A stretch of DNA of 64,000 nt from a virus. The notes beneath the pieces were generated by a model. The model was given only the letters and a program-made list of their open reading frames with translations. It ran no database searches and was not told the DNA's origin. The position numbers and the translations under genes were made by a program. The stretch is from positions 1-64,000 of the IMG/VR virus record IMGVR_UViG_3300046373_000196. One strand, given 5' to 3'. Positions 61,030 through 64,000 of this stretch are shown piece by piece (positions within the stretch are counted from its first letter, which is position 1; every line of letters starts with the position of its first letter).

Positions 61030-61527
61030 TTAAGCGGCTCTGTAGACGATACCTTGACCGCGCCCCACCGACATTTTAGATCTTCTTCTAGCTTCGGCAG
61101 TTGCTTTGCTGCCTTGCTCTTTTCTGATTTCTAAAAGACGGTTTGGGCTTTTGAGCGCGGTCCTAGTTTTTCCCAAGACATTAGTCTTCTGATTCCTCTC
61201 GGACATGCCAACAAGGTTCCTTATTACTGCATCTTTCAGATCCAGATCATAAAGCAACTTTTGCATCTTACCGGATTCGTCCCCAGCCCTAACTCCGGTG
61301 ATTACATAGGTAGGATCAAACTCCGGAAAGTAAAGGTGAATCTTGTGCAAAAGTAACAAGCCAGGTAAATTCCTTCCTTTAGTAATGTTTGTAAAAGTTT
61401 GAGCCGAAAACTCAACCTTATCTGCAATGGCAGTTTTGGGAGTTTTTATTTTCTCAATCTCGTCTTTGAATCGGGAGATCATCCCCAACTCTTCTTCAGT
61501 CATCACTTTTTTCTTTTCTTTTTCCAT
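61030..61527 (-). CDS. CI-like repressor (HTH)
   Basis: KTAIADKVEFSAQTFTNITKGRNLPGLLLLHKI HTH. DPTYVITGV motif. Divergent from a cro-position gene. Confidence 0.6.
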   Translation of the reverse strand: MEKEKKKVMTEEELGMISRFKDEIEKIKTPKTAIADKVEFSAQTFTNITKGRNLPGLLLLHKIHLYFPEFDPTYVITGVRAGDESGKMQKLLYDLDLKDAVIRNLVGMSERNQKTNVLGKTRTALKSPNRLLEIRKEQGSKATAEARRRSKMSVGRGQGIVYRAA

Positions 61528-61639
61528 AATTTTATATAAGTATATTTTGATAAGAAATCAACATTATTTATATTTGCATAGTTATCAACCTCACCAATCA
61601 TACAATATTTAGATATTGTGTAAACAAAGATTAAATATT

Positions 61640-61906
61640 ATGCTGAAAGAAACAAGAAAACTTTACGAGAGATTAGGAAAAAGAGCAAAATTGCCCGCAA
61701 AAGCTCTTGAATTACTCAACGCAGCAGGGTTGAAGACGCCTTATAAGAATGTTCCATACACAATCGGGAACGTTTATGCAGTCCTAAATGGTAAGCACGA
61801 AGACCGCCAGGTTGACGAAGCAATTATCAAAGCTGTCAAACAGCATATTGAAAAGGAGAAGGATTTAACTTTTGATTTAAAAGAACTGCTTCAAGGTATT
61901 TATTGA
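61640..61906 (+). CDS. small protein at the cro position
   Basis: ATG at 61640 (MLKETRKLYERLGKRAKL...). -7 box TATATTTG at 61569-61576. Confidence 0.4.
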   Translation: MLKETRKLYERLGKRAKLPAKALELLNAAGLKTPYKNVPYTIGNVYAVLNGKHEDRQVDEAIIKAVKQHIEKEKDLTFDLKELLQGIY

Positions 61907-61932
61907 CATTTTTATTAAAATCTGACAAGGTT

Positions 61933-62502
61933 ATGCAAATTTCAGAAATGGAGCTAGAGGATATAATATTCTACGAAAATTTCCATAGCAACGTTGATAG
62001 GGGGTTAATAATTTATAATCATGATAGGGTATTCCGGCAACTTGATCTTGGAAAATATGGTATACCTGATTTAGTTGGAGTTTCTTATATCTCGAAAGAT
62101 CATTTCTATGAAGATCCTGAAAGAAGTATATACATAACTGTTTATGAATTAAAAAAAGGAATTGTAGATATTACAACAATAGCTCAGGCTAACAGGTATC
62201 AATGCGGTATTAAAAAATATATTTCTGAAAGAGGCCTTTTTAAGGGTTGCCATATACATATCGATTTAGTTTTAATTGGAGCTGTAGTAGATTCCTCCGA
62301 TGATTTCATGTGCATGGTTTCCGAGTATGAAATTTACTGTTATAAGTACGCTTTTGATATTCACGGAATTTCTTTTGAAAAAATAGGCACTTACAATTTT
62401 ATTCCAGTTAAAAATGCTTGGAAAAAATATGGAGACTTAGAGAATTTAGATTTTAGGTTTATCCATAAGAATATATATAAAAAACAAATTTCCAATGGCT
62501 AG
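61933..62502 (+). CDS. PD-(D/E)xK nuclease-fold protein (DUF91/NucS-like)
   Basis: GIPDLVGV ... ITVYELKKG ... QANRY matches the D...E.K...Q..Y arrangement. Confidence 0.5.
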   Translation: MQISEMELEDIIFYENFHSNVDRGLIIYNHDRVFRQLDLGKYGIPDLVGVSYISKDHFYEDPERSIYITVYELKKGIVDITTIAQANRYQCGIKKYISERGLFKGCHIHIDLVLIGAVVDSSDDFMCMVSEYEIYCYKYAFDIHGISFEKIGTYNFIPVKNAWKKYGDLENLDFRFIHKNIYKKQISNG

Positions 62503-63340
62503 ACCCTCAAAGAATAATGCAGAGTACTTTCCGCACTATGCCGACCTTAGAAATCATAGAAAAATAAAAGTTCTAAGGAACCGATTTGGGATGGTTCTTG
62601 GATATGCCTTTTGGTGCTTGATGTTGGAGTGGCTAACAGAGCATGATGGATTAGAATGGGAATACTCTGAAATGGAAATTGAAATGTTCGCCTCAGAGTT
62701 AGGAGTTTCTGCGGCAGAAATACGTGAGATGGTGGATTTATGCTTCAAGCTGCAGCTGTTAAGCCTAACGAGCAGTAATTACGTTTATTCAGAATCCCTA
62801 AATGAGTACTTACAGCCTGTTTTTGATAAGAGAGAGCGTGAGAGAGACAGGTCAAAACAGAGGAAAAGATCTGAATCTGGCACCTATATTTCCGGAAATA
62901 TCCTAACTGGTGGAGTTTCTGCCGCAGAAATGCCACATAGTAGAGTAGAGAAAAGTAAAGAAGAAAATTTTAATGATATAGAAGAAGAAACTATTGAAAG
63001 CAATATCAAAAAAGAGCTTCACGATAAGGTTGAGAATTATAAAAAAAGCAGAATAAAGTTAACTCTTGAAGATGCCAGAAATATTTTCATAAATACAGAT
63101 GAATTAAAAAGGGTTTGCATCAAAAAGAATGAAATAAGTGAAAAGGAATATTTCCAGGCAATAGAAGACTTTATTGATACCCAAACAGCTGCGGCTTACG
63201 AAATAAAATCTGAAACAGATGTTCGCAAATATTTTATGAATTGGCTTCCTCTTTGGAAAATAAAAAAAGAAAAGGAGCGGCTTTCTAGGCCTGTTAATGG
63301 CAAAATGTCTTACCTAAATGATAAATATTCTCAAAATTAA
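62495..63340 (+). CDS. DUF4373 (Lin1244/Lin1753-like) replication-initiation/organiser protein
   Basis: MARPSKNNAEYFPHYADLRNHRKIKVLRNRFGMVLGYAFWCLMLEWL is the typical DUF4373 N-terminus. Confidence 0.65.
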   Translation: MARPSKNNAEYFPHYADLRNHRKIKVLRNRFGMVLGYAFWCLMLEWLTEHDGLEWEYSEMEIEMFASELGVSAAEIREMVDLCFKLQLLSLTSSNYVYSESLNEYLQPVFDKRERERDRSKQRKRSESGTYISGNILTGGVSAAEMPHSRVEKSKEENFNDIEEETIESNIKKELHDKVENYKKSRIKLTLEDARNIFINTDELKRVCIKKNEISEKEYFQAIEDFIDTQTAAAYEIKSETDVRKYFMNWLPLWKIKKEKERLSRPVNGKMSYLNDKYSQN

Positions 63341-63341
63341 T

Positions 63342-63707
63342 ATGAGCCGAATATGTAATTGCATTCCGGTAGAATATCCTCCCGATGCAGAAGTTTCAGT
63401 AATTTATTTAATCCCGTGTAAATTTTGTGGTTATCACACGATGATTCGTAGGAAGGGAGACTATTCACAACCGAAAAGAGTTGATGTTTTTAAAGAAGGC
63501 CACGTGAATTTAATTTTTAACTACTCGACGCTTGACCTTGATTTTTTTAAAATCCATAGCTCACTTTTAAGTATCCCCAAAAAATTGCCTGATTTTTCTG
63601 TAAGTACTGGATTTGACCCAGATAAAAGCCGGGAAATACTTTACGAAATGTTGGCTGATGGGGATATCACAGAAGATCAGTTTAATAATAAAATCTTTAA
63701 AATTTAA
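63342..63707 (+). CDS. hypothetical protein
   Basis: ATG at 63342 (MSRICNCIP...). Cys pairs suggest a zinc ribbon. Confidence 0.4.
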   Translation: MSRICNCIPVEYPPDAEVSVIYLIPCKFCGYHTMIRRKGDYSQPKRVDVFKEGHVNLIFNYSTLDLDFFKIHSSLLSIPKKLPDFSVSTGFDPDKSREILYEMLADGDITEDQFNNKIFKI

Positions 63708-63710
63708 TCT

Positions 63711-64000
63711 ATGAAACAGATTGCTCCTCCTGAAGCTCCGGCCATTGAAAAAGATGTTTTATCAGTTTTGTGTAACCGGCCAGAATTAATTCAAAGCGTT
63801 GAAGAAGTTTTAAATATTGAGTGTTTTTATAATTCAGATTATCAATATTTATTTGATGTTATCTTTAAAATACATTTAGAAGGCGGGCTGGTTTCTCAAA
63901 GCTCGATTTTGCATCAAATAATACCTTCGGGTAAAAAAGACATTCTGGCCACGTACCAGGAAATGAAGAAGTTCTTCACTACTGAAAAAAACCTACTTGT
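63711..64000 (+). CDS. replicative DNA helicase (DnaB-like), N-terminal part, continues beyond the window
   Basis: My translation: MKQIAPPEAPAIEKDVLSVLCNRPELIQSVEEVLNIECFYNSDYQYLFDVIFKIHLEGG... fits the DnaB N-terminal domain pattern (PP...E..vL...l......F....IF). Confidence 0.6.
   Translation, partial: MKQIAPPEAPAIEKDVLSVLCNRPELIQSVEEVLNIECFYNSDYQYLFDVIFKIHLEGGLVSQSSILHQIIPSGKKDILATYQEMKKFFTTEKNLL

Noticed and set aside
1-64000. Diversity-generating retroelement, retron or other RT-based system targeting the fibre-like genes
   Set aside because: No reverse-transcriptase-like ORF is present. No template/variable repeat pair was noticed near the C-termini of the fibre-like or Ig-module genes.

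Overview
All calls come from reading the sequence and ORF track by eye; no homology searches were run. The window is almost entirely one mosaic temperate siphovirus-like element, either a prophage or a large phage genome, and both window edges lie inside it. The style is Bacteroidota-like: TAnnTTTG -7 boxes, no Shine-Dalgarno sequences, Sec signal peptides ending AQ/GQ, and an Arm-DNA-binding tyrosine integrase.

Layout:
- 1-916 (-): terminase large (partial) and small subunits.
- 1.1-9.9 kb (-): exported SGNH esterases, a glycosidase-like protein, and a GH108 endolysin with a membrane-protein lysis cassette.
- 10.1-16.8 kb and 20.3-21.7 kb (+): small early-like genes. One is split by a complete IS21-family element (12893-15517) with an 8-bp target duplication.
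- 16.8-20.0 kb (-): an operon of three exported Ig-module proteins.
- 21.9-31.5 kb (+): scaffold, capsid, head-tail, major tail, G/GT chaperone and tape measure.
- 31.6-51.5 kb (-): a 20-kb block of small genes. It holds a DUF1566 lipoprotein, an RHH cassette, an AAA ATPase, a beta-helix protein, an intact argH, a KilA-N-like protein, a RusA-like protein and a dUTPase.
- 51542-51614 (-): tRNA-Met(CAT).
- 51.9-58.9 kb (+): the displaced distal tail genes (tailspike-like, LamG-Dit, Tal).
- 59.4-64 kb: integrase, CI-like/cro-like switch, a PD-(D/E)xK protein, a DUF4373 replication protein and a DnaB-like helicase (partial).

No portal, prohead protease, rRNA, CRISPR array or reverse transcriptase was seen.

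Most notable signals:
- A 29-bp perfect-dyad promoter/operator element present 8 times.
- A family of three 5' leaders in which an upstream hairpin loop is complementary to the loop of a terminator-like hairpin just before the first ATG. The complementarity is kept by compensatory changes between the three copies.
- A CACACAC leader motif before about 20 start codons.
- An unusually large set of signal-peptide proteins.
- Two paralogous 43-aa hydrophobic peptides, each closing a small cassette.
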